DNA of 64,000 bases from the NCBI GenBank assembly GCA_050014975.1, contig JBEKCH010000006.1, positions 4,500-68,499 on the forward strand. The letters are read 5' to 3'. Made by a program: the position numbers and the translations under genes. This document shows positions 19,853 to 29,690 of this stretch, one piece after another. Position 1 is the first letter of the stretch. Each line of letters starts with the position of its first letter. Origin of the DNA: Candidatus Limnocylindrales bacterium (GTDB lineage: Bacteria > Chloroflexota > Limnocylindria > Limnocylindrales > CSP1-4). The notes beneath the pieces were generated by a model. That model ran no database searches. It worked only from the letters and a program-made list of their open reading frames with translations, and was not told the DNA's origin.

Positions 19853-21703
19853 ATGGATCAACAGCAGTACCCCACGGGCTCTCCTGAGCCCCTGACCGGC
19901 AGCGCATCACCGCAGGGCGCGCCGCCGGCTCGCCTGGAGCCGATCGGCGAGACCTGGGCGGCCGGCGTTTCCCCGGCCAGGCTGGGGACCAGGTCCGGCC
20001 GGTTTCGCTGGGCCATCGCCCTGGGCGTCGTCCTCATCGTCGCGCTGGTCACGGTCGGCGGGGCGTTCGTGCTCTCCGGCGCGGGCGGGACGGCCAAGTC
20101 GCTCACCGCCGGCAACGCGCCCAAGGACACGATCATGTTCGTGGACCTGCGCACCGACCTGCCCGGCGACCAGCACGAGAACCTGGCCGACTTCCTGAGC
20201 CACTTCCCCGGCTTCGCGGATCGGGCCCAGTTCGACAACGCTTACGACGAGATCCTCAACGAGATCACCAGCGCGATCTCGCCGGACCTGACCTACACCT
20301 CGGCGTTCCAGAGCTGGACGACCGGCGAGCTCTCGCTGGCCGTGACGAGCCTGGGCAGCTACGACCTGCCGGAAGGCGTCATCAGCCAGGGTGTCGCGGC
20401 CCTTCCGACCGACGCGGCGGGCCTGCCCGTCTTCCCGGACGCCACGTCCACGCCCCCCAGCGGGGTCGTCATCGTCGCTCTCAAGGATCGTTCCGCGGGC
20501 GAGACGTGGGTGAGCTCCGAGATCGCCAGGACCGGCGTCGCGTTCTCACCGCAGAACTACGCCGGCACGACTCTCTACGTGGCCAAGACGGCCACCGACG
20601 GTCTGACGGCCGCCTACGCCTTCACCGACAAGGTCCTGGTGGCGGGCGACGTGACCGCCGTGAAGGCCGCCCTGGATGCCCCGGCCAAGGGCTCCCTGGC
20701 CGACAGTGCCAACTACCAGGCGGCCATGAACTCGTTCTCGGGTGACAGCGTTGCCACCTTCTACGCCGACACGCAGGCGCTCATGCAGCAGCTGATGTCG
20801 TCGCTGACGTCGTCGATCTACGGCATGGCCGGGCTGTCGATGTCGGGTGTGAGCCTCACCGGTGCGGGCATGCCGGCGTGGATTGGCGGGTCGGTGCGCG
20901 CCGAGTCGGATCACATGACCGTCGAGATGACCATGCCCAAGGCCAGGGGAGCGCTCAATCCGGGCAACGGCGCGTCCGTCCTGGCCCAGGACGTGCCGGG
21001 TTCGACCGTGGCCGTGCTCGAGGTCCACTCGGTCGGGCAGCTCTTCGACAGCGAGCTGACCGCGCTGGCCTCGACGCCCTCCATGGCGCCGGACGTGAAG
21101 CAGGTTCAGGACGTCCTGGAGACGATCGGAGGCATCGATTGGATCGGCGACGCCGACATGGTCCTGACCAGGGACGGCTCGTCGTACGGCGGTGGGCTCG
21201 TCATCAGGACCCCAGATAGCGCCACCGCAACCACCAAAGAGGAGATGATCACCAACCTGATCACGCTCGCCGGCGGGAGCAGCCGGATGGGCATCACGAA
21301 CTCCGACGAGACGTACAAGGGCACGACGATCACGCTGGTCAGCGTGCCGAGCGGCGATTCGGGCGCGCCGGTTCGTTTCGGGATCGCGGCCAAGGGTGAC
21401 CTGATCGTGGCCGGCTACGAAGACTCGTTCGTCAAGGCCGTCCTCGACACGACGGCCTCGAGTTCTCTCGCATCGCAGGCCAACTACCAGGCGGTCATGG
21501 CGGCCGCGGGATCGTCCAACTACGCATACGGGTATTTCGACATCTCGGCCGTGGCCGATCAGATCGGACAGGCGATGTTCCCGGACGATCCCGGCTACTA
21601 CAACCTCAACTACAAACCCTATCTCGATCACGTCGGAGGCGCGGCCTTCGCCTCCATCGACGGCAGCACGGTTACGTTGCGCTTCGTCGTCACGGCCCGC
21701 TAG
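19853..21703 (+). CDS. hypothetical membrane-anchored extracytoplasmic protein (possibly DUF3352-like)
   Basis: Start placed at ATG 19853 behind a GAGGGAGG SD; the ORF-track start 18323 is an alternative frame over ffh. 616 aa. Single TM WAIALGVVLIVALVTVGGAFVL, then a large Ala/Ser/Thr/Asp-rich domain. Family guess unverified. Confidence 0.7.
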   Translation: MDQQQYPTGSPEPLTGSASPQGAPPARLEPIGETWAAGVSPARLGTRSGRFRWAIALGVVLIVALVTVGGAFVLSGAGGTAKSLTAGNAPKDTIMFVDLRTDLPGDQHENLADFLSHFPGFADRAQFDNAYDEILNEITSAISPDLTYTSAFQSWTTGELSLAVTSLGSYDLPEGVISQGVAALPTDAAGLPVFPDATSTPPSGVVIVALKDRSAGETWVSSEIARTGVAFSPQNYAGTTLYVAKTATDGLTAAYAFTDKVLVAGDVTAVKAALDAPAKGSLADSANYQAAMNSFSGDSVATFYADTQALMQQLMSSLTSSIYGMAGLSMSGVSLTGAGMPAWIGGSVRAESDHMTVEMTMPKARGALNPGNGASVLAQDVPGSTVAVLEVHSVGQLFDSELTALASTPSMAPDVKQVQDVLETIGGIDWIGDADMVLTRDGSSYGGGLVIRTPDSATATTKEEMITNLITLAGGSSRMGITNSDETYKGTTITLVSVPSGDSGAPVRFGIAAKGDLIVAGYEDSFVKAVLDTTASSSLASQANYQAVMAAAGSSNYAYGYFDISAVADQIGQAMFPDDPGYYNLNYKPYLDHVGGAAFASIDGSTVTLRFVVTAR

Positions 21704-21747
21704 GGTCGCCGACAGACTCGCCAGCATCAGGAGGAGCAACCTCGCAC

Positions 21748-22026
21748 ATGGCAGTTCGAATCCGCCTCACCCGCGTCGGGGCCACCAAGCAACCCGCCTA
21801 TCGCGTTGTCGTGACCGACAGCCGAAGCGCCCGGGACAGCCGCGCGATCGAGACCATCGGCCACTACAACCCTCGGAGCGAGCCGGTCGAATTCGTGGTC
21901 GATGCCGACAAGGTAAAGGGCTGGCTGGCGAAGGGCGCCAAGCCCTCCGACACCGTGGCCCGCCTCCTCCAGGGAGCCGGCGTGCTGCCGAAGACGGAGC
22001 GCAAGGTAGCACCCTCCGCTAAGTAG
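21748..22026 (+). CDS. rpsP: 30S ribosomal protein S16
   Basis: 92 aa. MAVRIRLTRVGATKQPAYRVVVTDSRSARDSRAIETIGHYNP. Confidence 0.96.
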   Translation: MAVRIRLTRVGATKQPAYRVVVTDSRSARDSRAIETIGHYNPRSEPVEFVVDADKVKGWLAKGAKPSDTVARLLQGAGVLPKTERKVAPSAK

Positions 22027-22100
22027 CCGGACCCGGGGAACGGCCGCTGCCGCCCTGGGCCCGCTTCACGCGGCCAGGACACGCAAACAAGAGGTAGCCA

Positions 22101-22334
22101 ATGGCAGCCCAGGATCTCGTCGAGTACGTCGCGCGCAACCTCGTGGACAATCCCGACGCCGTTCAGGTTGAGGTCCATACCGGTCCCGAAGGAACGGTCA
22201 TCGAGCTCCACGTCGCCGAAGACGACATGGGCAAGGTGATCGGCCGCAACGGCAGCGTCGCCAAGGCGCTGCGGACGCTGCTCAAGGTCATGTCCGCGCG
22301 CGACGGCGAAACCGTGTCGCTGGAGATCAGCTGA
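22101..22334 (+). CDS. KH-domain RNA-binding protein (YlqC/UPF0109 family)
   Basis: 77 aa. LVEYVARNLVDNPDAV, KH GXXG loop MGKVIGRNGSVAKALRTLL. Conserved position between rpsP and rimM. Confidence 0.88.
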   Translation: MAAQDLVEYVARNLVDNPDAVQVEVHTGPEGTVIELHVAEDDMGKVIGRNGSVAKALRTLLKVMSARDGETVSLEIS

Positions 22335-22344
22335 GCCTCCGGCC

Positions 22345-22920
22345 ATGAGCGTCGGTGACAGGCTCGTCGTGGCCCGGGTCCGGGGCTTCCACGGGCTGCG
22401 CGGGACGATGCGACTGGAGTCGCTCACGGATCGGGCCGAGAAACGCTTTGCCGTCGGCCAGTCGCTCTTCCCGGAGGGCAGTGACAGCCCGCTGACGGTG
22501 GTCGAGTCGCAGCCGGACTCGCTCGGCTGGCGCGTGCGTTTCGCCGAGATCGCGGACCGCCGCGCTGCGGAAGCTCTGCGCGACGCGTACCTGGAAGCGG
22601 TGGTGGCCCCAGGCGAGGAGCTGCCTCGCGGCGAGTTCTACTGGCACCAGGTCATCGGGGCGAGCGTCGCCGACCTCGAAGGCGGTGTGCTCGGCGAGGT
22701 CGTGGACATCTACCGCGCCGGCGGCGCCGAGGTGCTGGTGGTCTCGGGACCGGCCGGGGAGCTGGACGTGCCGGTTGTCCGGTCCGTGATCCGGATCTTC
22801 GCACCCGGCCGCGGAAAGATCGTGGTCGACGCTGACGCGCTCGGCGTGAGCGGGGAAGACGCGGACGAGCTCGAACCACCGGCGGGATCGGCCGAGGCAG
22901 GTCGGGAGCCTCAGCCGTGA
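22345..22920 (+). CDS. rimM: 16S rRNA processing protein RimM
   Basis: 191 aa. VARVRGFHGLRGTMRLESLTD, PRC-barrel block EFYWHQVIGASV. Confidence 0.87.
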   Translation: MSVGDRLVVARVRGFHGLRGTMRLESLTDRAEKRFAVGQSLFPEGSDSPLTVVESQPDSLGWRVRFAEIADRRAAEALRDAYLEAVVAPGEELPRGEFYWHQVIGASVADLEGGVLGEVVDIYRAGGAEVLVVSGPAGELDVPVVRSVIRIFAPGRGKIVVDADALGVSGEDADELEPPAGSAEAGREPQP

Positions 22921-23789
22921 CGACCGAGCCATCGGCTACCGACGGCGGCGGCGAGGTCGCCGGCAAGCCGGTCCGGCCGTCGCTCGAGGTCGAGCTGCTG
23001 ACGCTCTTCCCGGCGATGTTGCAGGGGCCGCTGGCGGAGAGCATCCCCGGCCGCGTCCAGGCTCGCGGCCTGGTCAGGCTTCGCGTGCACGACCTGCGCC
23101 ACTGGGGTCTGGGCCGCCACAAGTCCGTCGACGATTACACCTACGGCGGGGGAGCGGGCATGGTCCTGCGCCCGGAGCCGGTGGCAGCGGCGCTGGATGA
23201 GCTGCGTCGCGCCGACAGCACCGTGATCCTGCTGGACCCGGGTGGAGAGGTCTTCGGGCAGGCTCGCGCCCACGACCTGGCCGGGCGATCGCACCTGATC
23301 TTCCTCTGCCCGCGATACGAAGGCGTGGACGAGCGGGTCCGGTCGCTGGTGGACCTGGAGCTGTCGATCGGGGACTATGTGCTCTCCGGCGGTGAGATCC
23401 CGGCGCTGGTGGTCGTTGACGCGGTCATTCGGCTGCTGCCCGGCGCGATCGACGCCGAGTCCACGGCCGAGGAGTCCTTCACCGCCGGCCTGCTCGAGTA
23501 CCCGCAGTACACCCGACCCCCCGTGTTTCGAGATCTGGCCGTGCCGGCGGTGCTGACCAGCGGCCACCACGAGGCCGTCCGCGAGTGGCGGCTGAAGGAG
23601 TCCCTGCGCCGGACATGGCGCCGGCGCCCGGACCTGCTCGAGGACCGGCCCATGACGCGGGAGGAGGCGAAGCTCCTGGCGGAGGTCAGCCACGAGGAGA
23701 GCGTCGCCGCGGCAGATGCGGCGGAGGCCAAAGGTCGCGCCCTGAAGGCCGATCCCGAGGCGCGGGTTGCCGGGGAATCAGGGGAGTAG
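22917..23789 (+). CDS. trmD: tRNA (guanine37-N1)-methyltransferase TrmD
   Basis: 290 aa. LTLFPAML, YTYGGGAGMVL, FLCPRYEGVDERV, SIGDYVLSGGEIPA, YPQYTRP. About 45 extra residues at the C-terminus. Confidence 0.94.
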   Translation: MTTEPSATDGGGEVAGKPVRPSLEVELLTLFPAMLQGPLAESIPGRVQARGLVRLRVHDLRHWGLGRHKSVDDYTYGGGAGMVLRPEPVAAALDELRRADSTVILLDPGGEVFGQARAHDLAGRSHLIFLCPRYEGVDERVRSLVDLELSIGDYVLSGGEIPALVVVDAVIRLLPGAIDAESTAEESFTAGLLEYPQYTRPPVFRDLAVPAVLTSGHHEAVREWRLKESLRRTWRRRPDLLEDRPMTREEAKLLAEVSHEESVAAADAAEAKGRALKADPEARVAGESGE

Positions 23790-23816
23790 CCTCTCTGCGT
23801 CGGGTCCACCATTGAC

Positions 23817-24437
23817 ATGTTCCGGCGGCCTCATTCGTCGACCTTGATGAGAGAGGTCCGAATGACGATCCTTTGCCTGTCAGGGGCCAATGGCCTGGTT
23901 GGGGAGAGCAGCCTGGTGATCGAGGTGGAGCGTCCGTTCGAGCGGCGCGAATTCCAGCGCATCTACCGCGAAACGTGGCCGGACGTCTTCCGTTACGCCT
24001 GGTTGCTGCTGCGCCACCGCGAGGACGCCGAAGACGTTTCGGCCGAGGCGTTCCGGCGGGCGATGGAGTCATGGATCGACGGCCGTGGCCCGCGCGGTGA
24101 CGTCCTGCCGTGGCTGCTCCTCATCACCAGTCGAGTTGCGATCGACCGGCACCGCCGGCGACGCCTGATCGGCTGGCTGCCGCTCGAGCGGGCGCCCGAA
24201 CCCGAGGACGCCAGCGAGGAAGCTGCCTTCCGCCGGTCGGAGGTCTGGATCTGGTTCGACCAGCTCTGCCGCGTTCTGCCGGCCCAACAACGCGATGCGC
24301 TGCTGCTTCGCTTCCAGTTCGATCTGTGCGATGCCGACGCGGCCACGGTGCTTGGCACCTCGGTCGCCAACGTGCGGACGAGAGTCTCCCGAGGCCTGGC
24401 GACGCTTCGGGAGCGGCCGGAGGTGATGGACCGGTGA
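23817..24437 (+). CDS. ECF-type RNA polymerase sigma-70 factor
   Basis: Region 2 (FQRIYRETWPDVFRYAWLLLRHREDAEDVSAEAFRRA, LLLITSRVAIDRHRRRR) and region 4 (LPAQQRDALLLRFQFDLCDADAATVLGTSVANVRTRVSRGLATLR). The true start may be GTG 23916, which has a GGGGAGAG SD. Confidence 0.85.
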   Translation: MFRRPHSSTLMREVRMTILCLSGANGLVGESSLVIEVERPFERREFQRIYRETWPDVFRYAWLLLRHREDAEDVSAEAFRRAMESWIDGRGPRGDVLPWLLLITSRVAIDRHRRRRLIGWLPLERAPEPEDASEEAAFRRSEVWIWFDQLCRVLPAQQRDALLLRFQFDLCDADAATVLGTSVANVRTRVSRGLATLRERPEVMDR

Positions 24438-25870
24438 ACGACCGAACGACTCAGCCCGTGCGCGATCAGCAGGCGGTGGCCAGGCAGTTCAAGGATCGAT
24501 TGCGGGGGCTCGATCCGTACATTCCGGCTGCGCCCTCGTTCGAGCAGATCGAGGGCGCAGCTGAGGCGCGGCGCGGCGACTCTGCGCGACCGGCAAAGGT
24601 GCGACTGCGGCCCGGGGCCGGCGTCCCTGTGGCATTCGTCGGCGTCGCCGTCGTGGCGGTGCTGGTCCTGAGTTCGGGCGTGTGGCGGCAGAAGCCGGGG
24701 CCGGCGGCCTCGGTGAGATCCTCGCCAACGGCGACCGAGAGATCCGTGCCGGCGGCGAGCGCCTTGCCGAGCCCGAGCCCAATGCCCACGCCTACGCCAC
24801 CGGCAGCCGATGAGCCGTGGGGCGGTCTGGTCTGGTCGGAGCCGGTCGAGGCTGTCACGCCGTGGGGCCAACCGCCCGATCAGCTGGTGAGCTGGCATGG
24901 TCTGTACGTGGGCCTGGGAGTGGTCGCCACATGGCCGGCCAGCGTGACGGGTGAGGTCGTGGTGGCGAGCTCTACGGACCTCGTCCACTGGACCGTTCTG
25001 GCCCGGGGTGCCGACGCCCCATTTCCGGGCGGACCGGTAGGCAACCTCCTCGTCGGGCCGGCCGGGCTGGTGGCGATCGGACCCACGCACGGGTCGACCA
25101 CCACGTGCGCGGACCCGTGCCCGGTCTGGACCTCCCCCGATGGGTCGACGTGGACGCGCCATGACCAGACTCCGTTTGGCGACTCCATCGTCGATGCGGC
25201 CGCGGGTCCGGATGGAGTCGTGGCTCTTGGATCGAAGGGCTGGCAGAAGCCGCTGATGTGGTACTCGGCGACGGGATCCACATGGCAGCCGGCAGACATG
25301 ACGGGCCCGCAGTTCAAGGCTGCCAATATCGAGGGCGTCTACGCGGTCCCGGGCGGGTTCGTCGCGACCGGTAGCGTCGGGGGAAGTCTGCCGCCTGCCA
25401 ACGTGATCGGCGACATCAACAGCGCCGCGGCAGCCTGGTGGTCGACGGATGGATCGACCTGGGCTCGGGCGCAGGTGGGAGACTCGCAACTGGCCACGGA
25501 GCTGAGCCTCGTCCACGTCATTCCCGGCGGGCTCCTTGCCGACGGTGTGCAAGCTGGCGAATGGAGCTCGACCGACGCCCGGTCCTGGACGGCAGTGCCA
25601 GCGAGCGACATCAGGTCGAGGGGCGAGATCTTCTGGAGCGACGCCAGCCACGCTGTTGTGGTCAGATATGGCAGCCCGGACCTGGGGCACGGCGCCGACC
25701 AGTTCTGGGGGTCGGTGGATGGGGCGGCATGGCGGCAGCTGACGATGAGCGGCTACCCGGCCCCCGACGAGTGGTACTACGTTTTCGTCACTTCCGACGG
25801 CCTGATCGCACTCGCCGAACTCGAGGTTTCGCAGCAGGTCGTGGTGCTGCAGGCCGCCGCCACGCCCTGA
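24434..25870 (+). CDS. membrane-anchored putative anti-sigma factor with an extracytoplasmic Asp-box (BNR-like) beta-propeller
   Basis: Start placed at GTG 24434 (GTGA overlap with the sigma stop). 478 aa. Short cytoplasmic segment, TM VAFVGVAVVAVLVLSSGVW, Pro/Ser/Thr linker. Six spaced Asp-box-like repeats: SSTDLVHWT, TSPDGSTWT, YSATGSTWQ, WSTDGSTWA, SSTDARSWT, GSVDGAAWR. The anti-sigma role is inferred from position only. Confidence 0.7.
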   Translation: MNDRTTQPVRDQQAVARQFKDRLRGLDPYIPAAPSFEQIEGAAEARRGDSARPAKVRLRPGAGVPVAFVGVAVVAVLVLSSGVWRQKPGPAASVRSSPTATERSVPAASALPSPSPMPTPTPPAADEPWGGLVWSEPVEAVTPWGQPPDQLVSWHGLYVGLGVVATWPASVTGEVVVASSTDLVHWTVLARGADAPFPGGPVGNLLVGPAGLVAIGPTHGSTTTCADPCPVWTSPDGSTWTRHDQTPFGDSIVDAAAGPDGVVALGSKGWQKPLMWYSATGSTWQPADMTGPQFKAANIEGVYAVPGGFVATGSVGGSLPPANVIGDINSAAAAWWSTDGSTWARAQVGDSQLATELSLVHVIPGGLLADGVQAGEWSSTDARSWTAVPASDIRSRGEIFWSDASHAVVVRYGSPDLGHGADQFWGSVDGAAWRQLTMSGYPAPDEWYYVFVTSDGLIALAELEVSQQVVVLQAAATP

Positions 25871-25911
25871 CGGCCACGCCGACCGAGACGACGCGAGCCG
25901 CGACAACCCGA

Positions 25912-25946
25912 CCCGAGCCGCGAGCGGCTCGGGTTGTGGTATTCTT
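25912..25946 (+). terminator. intrinsic-terminator-like hairpin after the anti-sigma gene
   Basis: CCCGAGCCG (25912-25920), loop CGAG, CGGCTCGGG (25925-25933), then TTGTGGTATTCTT. An alternative extension pairs ACAACCCGA (25903-25911) with TCGGGTTGT (25929-25937). Confidence 0.5.
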
Positions 25947-26103
25947 CGCCGTCGGCCGCTCTGCGGCCGCATTTTACGTGTCTTAGCCGATCGCCCAGCG
26001 GTTTGCGAGGCCGCGATCGGCCTTCATCGCAGCCGGGCTGGGGGCAACATCAGCCATTGAGCGCAGCCGCGCCGCTCGCGCCGCTGGAAGAGTAGGAAAC
26101 GCC

Positions 26104-26457
26104 GTGAACGTGCTCGACGAGATCACCAGGGACCAGATCCGGGCCGACATCCCGGAGCTGAGCGCGGGCGATACCGTCCGCGTCGCCGCGCGTGTCGTCG
26201 AGGGCAACCGCGAGCGCATCCAGGTCTTCGAGGGAACCGTGATGCGGCTACGCGGCGGCGGCATCCAGCGCTCGATCACGGTCCGCCGGATCGCCAGCGG
26301 AGTCGGCGTGGAGCGAACCTTCAAGGTGAACAGCCCGCGTATCGACAAGATCGAAGTGGTCCGCCACGGTCAGGCGCGCCGCGCTCAGCTGTACTTCCTG
26401 CGCAACCGCGTCGGCAAGGCGGCTACCCTCCGCGAGCGCCGGAACACCAACAGCTAG
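26104..26457 (+). CDS. rplS: 50S ribosomal protein L19
   Basis: 117 aa. [58 protein letters not shown]. Confidence 0.96.
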   Translation: MNVLDEITRDQIRADIPELSAGDTVRVAARVVEGNRERIQVFEGTVMRLRGGGIQRSITVRRIASGVGVERTFKVNSPRIDKIEVVRHGQARRAQLYFLRNRVGKAATLRERRNTNS

Positions 26458-26474
26458 CGGCGCGCGGGAGCCAT

Positions 26475-27353
26475 ATGCCCGGCGCCCGACGCTCGAGACT
26501 CCCGGTCGAGGACCCCGGCCGCTCGCCTCTGGCGGTGCGACGGGGTCCCACTGTTTTCGCGCCCGGAGCGCCGGGCGGCCGCTTCGAGGTCGCGGCCTGG
26601 CACAACGAACGCCTCGACCCGGACTTCGCCGAGGAGCGGATCCTCTGGTCGCGCGGGTATCGGCATGTCGCCGGGATCGACGAGGTCGGCCGGGGCTGCC
26701 TGGCCGGTCCCGTAACCGCGGCTGCGGTAATCCTCCCACCCAACTGGAAGCCGCGGGGCCTGAGAGACTCCAAGCTGCTCAAGCCGGAGGATCGCCGCCG
26801 GCTCGACGTTGAGATCCGCGCCCGGGCAGTCGCCTGGTCGATCGCCTTCGTCGGCCCCGAGCTGATCGATCGCATCAACATCCTGCAGGCCACGCTGCTC
26901 GCCAGCCAGCTTGCCGCAGCCCGCCTTCCCATCCGCCCCGACGCCTTGCTCCTGGATGCCGTCACGCTGCCGGAGTTGCGCGTCCACCAGCGAGTCCTCG
27001 TCTCGGCGGATCGACTGTGCGCCTCGGTGGCGGCGGCCTCGGTGATCGCCAAGGTGGCCCGCGACCGCCTGATGGAGGAGATGGACGAGCGCTATCCCGG
27101 CTATGACCTGGCGCGCAACAAGGGCTACGCCGCGCCCGAGCATCTGGCCGGCCTGGCCGCGCTGGGCCTGAGCCCGATTCACCGCCTCTCATTCGAGCCC
27201 TGCCGTGAGCGCGAGCAAATGGGCTTGTGGGACGATGTCGCCGGCGACGAGGCCGCGGCCGTGGACGGCGCTGGCGACGACGCCACGGGCCGGGCCGCCA
27301 CGTTTGCGGACGAGCCGGGCCCGAACGCGGCCGCCGAAGAAACGGCCGACTGA
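26475..27353 (+). CDS. rnhB: ribonuclease HII
   Basis: 292 aa. VAGIDEVGRGCLAGPV, DSKLLKPEDR, ASVIAKVARDRLM, GYAAPEH. N- and C-terminal extensions; start uncertain. Confidence 0.9.
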   Translation: MPGARRSRLPVEDPGRSPLAVRRGPTVFAPGAPGGRFEVAAWHNERLDPDFAEERILWSRGYRHVAGIDEVGRGCLAGPVTAAAVILPPNWKPRGLRDSKLLKPEDRRRLDVEIRARAVAWSIAFVGPELIDRINILQATLLASQLAAARLPIRPDALLLDAVTLPELRVHQRVLVSADRLCASVAAASVIAKVARDRLMEEMDERYPGYDLARNKGYAAPEHLAGLAALGLSPIHRLSFEPCREREQMGLWDDVAGDEAAAVDGAGDDATGRAATFADEPGPNAAAEETAD

Positions 27354-27374
27354 GCGTGAGAGGCAGGCGACTCG

Positions 27375-27794
27375 ATGGACGAGACGGCTCGAGACGGCGG
27401 CCGTCGAACTGCCAGCCAGGCGGCAGGCGACGCGGCCGAACGGCTGGTTGCCGAGCGCCTCGCCACCCGGGGCTGGCGGATCCTCGGCAGAAATGTCCAT
27501 GCTGGTCGCAGCGAGCTTGACATCGTGGCCGTAGACCCGGGACCGCCGGAGAGACTCGTCGTCGTGGAGGTTCGCTGGCGCCGGTCTCGGGAGTTCGGCC
27601 TGGCTGAGGAGTCGTTCGACCGTCGCAAGCGGTCTCATCTGCGCTCCGGTCTGGCCCGCCTTCTCGAGGCCGGCAGCCTGCCCAACGGCGTCGCCCTGCC
27701 GCGGCTGCCCGTGGCACTTGACCTGGCCGTCGTCGAGCCGGGGGACAGGGGCCGGCCTGCCGTCCGGCTGTACCGCGATGCCCTGACTGGCTGA
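27375..27794 (+). CDS. yraN: YraN-family (UPF0102) endonuclease-like protein
   Basis: 139 aa. AERLVAERLATRGWRILGRNVHAGRSELDIVAVD...LVVVEVRWRR. Conserved position after rnhB. Confidence 0.82.
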   Translation: MDETARDGGRRTASQAAGDAAERLVAERLATRGWRILGRNVHAGRSELDIVAVDPGPPERLVVVEVRWRRSREFGLAEESFDRRKRSHLRSGLARLLEAGSLPNGVALPRLPVALDLAVVEPGDRGRPAVRLYRDALTG

Positions 27795-27925
27795 CCGGGG
27801 CTCAGCCGGGCACGGCTCAGGGCTGGGCCTGGTGCAGGTAGGCGACCGACGCCTCGCGGCTCCGATTACCGGAATCGCTCGGCCGGCGGCCCGCCTTTCC
27901 GTTCGGGGGCGGGCATGGGCCGATG

Positions 27926-27934
27926 TGCTACACT
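27926..27934 (+). promoter_or_regulatory. possible extended -10 promoter element upstream of rpsB
   Basis: TGcTACACT, about 170 nt upstream of the rpsB start, inside a 308-nt non-coding leader. No convincing -35. Confidence 0.25.
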
Positions 27935-28102
27935 CCCGCGCGGTCATGGCGCCGCCACGGCCCCCGCATCGTGCCTGCCACCAGGCGGCCGGAGCGGAGA
28001 TCACACGCAGGGCCGCCGTTTCGGGGCGGTGCCGGAGCAGCGAGCGGCAGCCCGGTTCCCGACAGGAGCCCTGCGGAGGAAGCAACCGCAGGAGGTCAGT
28101 TC

Positions 28103-29005
28103 ATGCCGTCCGTTTCGATGCGGCAGCTGCTGGAGGCCGGCGTCCATTTCGGCCACCAGACCCGCCGCTGGAATCCCAAGATGCGCCCGTTCATCTTCGC
28201 GGAGCGCAACGGGATCCACATCATCGATCTCGCCCAGACCCGCGATCGCCTGGACCTTGCCCTGGACGCCGCCCGGGAGACCGTCGCCCGCGGCGACGCC
28301 GTTCTCTTCATCGGCACCAAGAAGCAGGCCCAGGAGCCGATCGCCCAGGAGGCGGCCCGCGCCGGCCAGCCCTACGTCAACCGACGCTGGCTCGGTGGCA
28401 TGCTCACCAACTTCGTGACCATCAAGAAGCGCATCGCCCTGCTCGACCAGCTCGAGGCGCGCCAGGCAAGCGGCGATTTCGAGCGCCTCACGAAGAAAGA
28501 GACCGCCAAGCTCGTCGAGGAGACGGAGCACCTGCAGGCCTCCTTCGGCGGCATCCGCAAGATGAAGCGTCTACCGGGCATGGTCTTCATCGTCGATCCG
28601 CATCGTGAGCGCATCGCCGTCACCGAAGCCCGCAAGCTCGAGATCCCGATCATCGGCACCGGTGACACCAACGTCGACCCGGACGAGCTCGATTACATCA
28701 TCCCGGCCAACGACGATGCGATCCGCGCCATCCGGCTGCTTTGCCAGCTCGTGGCCGACGCCTGCGTCGATGGCCAGCGCGAGCGCGGTGCTCGCGCCAC
28801 TGCCGAGGTCGAGGCGCCCGAGGCCGCACCCGAGCCCGAGATCGAGGAGGCCGCCTCCGACGAGCTGGTTGCAGCCCTGGCAGGCGGCGGGGCCCTCACC
28901 TTCGAGCCCGACGTGGACGAAGAGGAGGCGCTCCTGCCCGGCGCGCGAGTCGTCCCGTCCCACCCGCGCGACCACGAGGGCGAGGAGACGCCGCGCGCTC
29001 ACTGA
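28103..29005 (+). CDS. rpsB: 30S ribosomal protein S2
   Basis: Start placed at ATG 28103 behind a GGAGG SD; the ORF-track start 27923 adds a non-homologous extension. [31 protein letters not shown], acidic C-terminal tail. Confidence 0.95.
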   Translation: MPSVSMRQLLEAGVHFGHQTRRWNPKMRPFIFAERNGIHIIDLAQTRDRLDLALDAARETVARGDAVLFIGTKKQAQEPIAQEAARAGQPYVNRRWLGGMLTNFVTIKKRIALLDQLEARQASGDFERLTKKETAKLVEETEHLQASFGGIRKMKRLPGMVFIVDPHRERIAVTEARKLEIPIIGTGDTNVDPDELDYIIPANDDAIRAIRLLCQLVADACVDGQRERGARATAEVEAPEAAPEPEIEEAASDELVAALAGGGALTFEPDVDEEEALLPGARVVPSHPRDHEGEETPRAH

Positions 29006-29090
29006 GCCAACCGCCAACATCGCTCGCTCCGGCCGGGGCGACGAGCCGACCGGCCGTACGGGTGCAGACGACAGGAGCAACGAGAAAACG

Positions 29091-29690
29091 ATGGCGACCA
29101 TCACTGCCGAGACCGTCAAGGCCCTCCGCGAGCGAAGCGGCGCCGGCGTCATGGATTGCAAGCGTGCCCTCGAGGAGGCCAGCGGCGACCTCGAGAAGGC
29201 CGCAGCGCTGCTCAACGAGCGTGGTCAGGCGGCTGCCGCCAAGCGCGCCGGCCGGGAGGCCAGGGAAGGTCAGATCGGGAGCTACATCCACACCGGCGGC
29301 AAGATCGGCGTCCTGATCGAAGTCAACTGCGAGACCGATTTCGTGGCTCGCACCGACGAGTTCCAACGGCTCGTCCGCGACCTGGCCATCCAGGTCGCCG
29401 GCCTGCGGCCGCTGTGGGCGACGATCGAGGCCATTCCCGCGGCCGCGCTCGAGGCCAAGCGGGCCGAGCTGCTGGCATCGGACACAGTCGCGCGCAAGCC
29501 CGAGGCCGTGCGCGCCCAGATAGTCGAGGGCCAGCTGAAGAAGTGGTTCGCCGAGGTCGTCCTGGTGGAACAGCCGTTCCGCGACCAGGACAAGACCGTC
29601 GGCCAGCTGATCACTGAGGCGATTGCCAGGACCGGCGAGAATATCAAAGTCAGGCGGTTCGTCCGGTTCGAGCTGGGGGAGGAGATGTGA
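29091..29690 (+). CDS. tsf: elongation factor Ts (short form)
   Basis: Start placed at ATG 29091. 199 aa. [49 protein letters not shown]. Confidence 0.94.
   Translation: MATITAETVKALRERSGAGVMDCKRALEEASGDLEKAAALLNERGQAAAAKRAGREAREGQIGSYIHTGGKIGVLIEVNCETDFVARTDEFQRLVRDLAIQVAGLRPLWATIEAIPAAALEAKRAELLASDTVARKPEAVRAQIVEGQLKKWFAEVVLVEQPFRDQDKTVGQLITEAIARTGENIKVRRFVRFELGEEM

Noticed and set aside
21754-21763. GTTCGAATCC, identical to a tRNA T-loop consensus
   Set aside because: It is codons 3-6 of rpsP (AVRIRL). No acceptor, D or anticodon arms can be drawn around it.
23993-25972. 659-aa minus-strand ORF
   Set aside because: Antisense to the ECF sigma and anti-sigma genes. Arg/Pro/Gly-rich nonsense with no recognisable domain.
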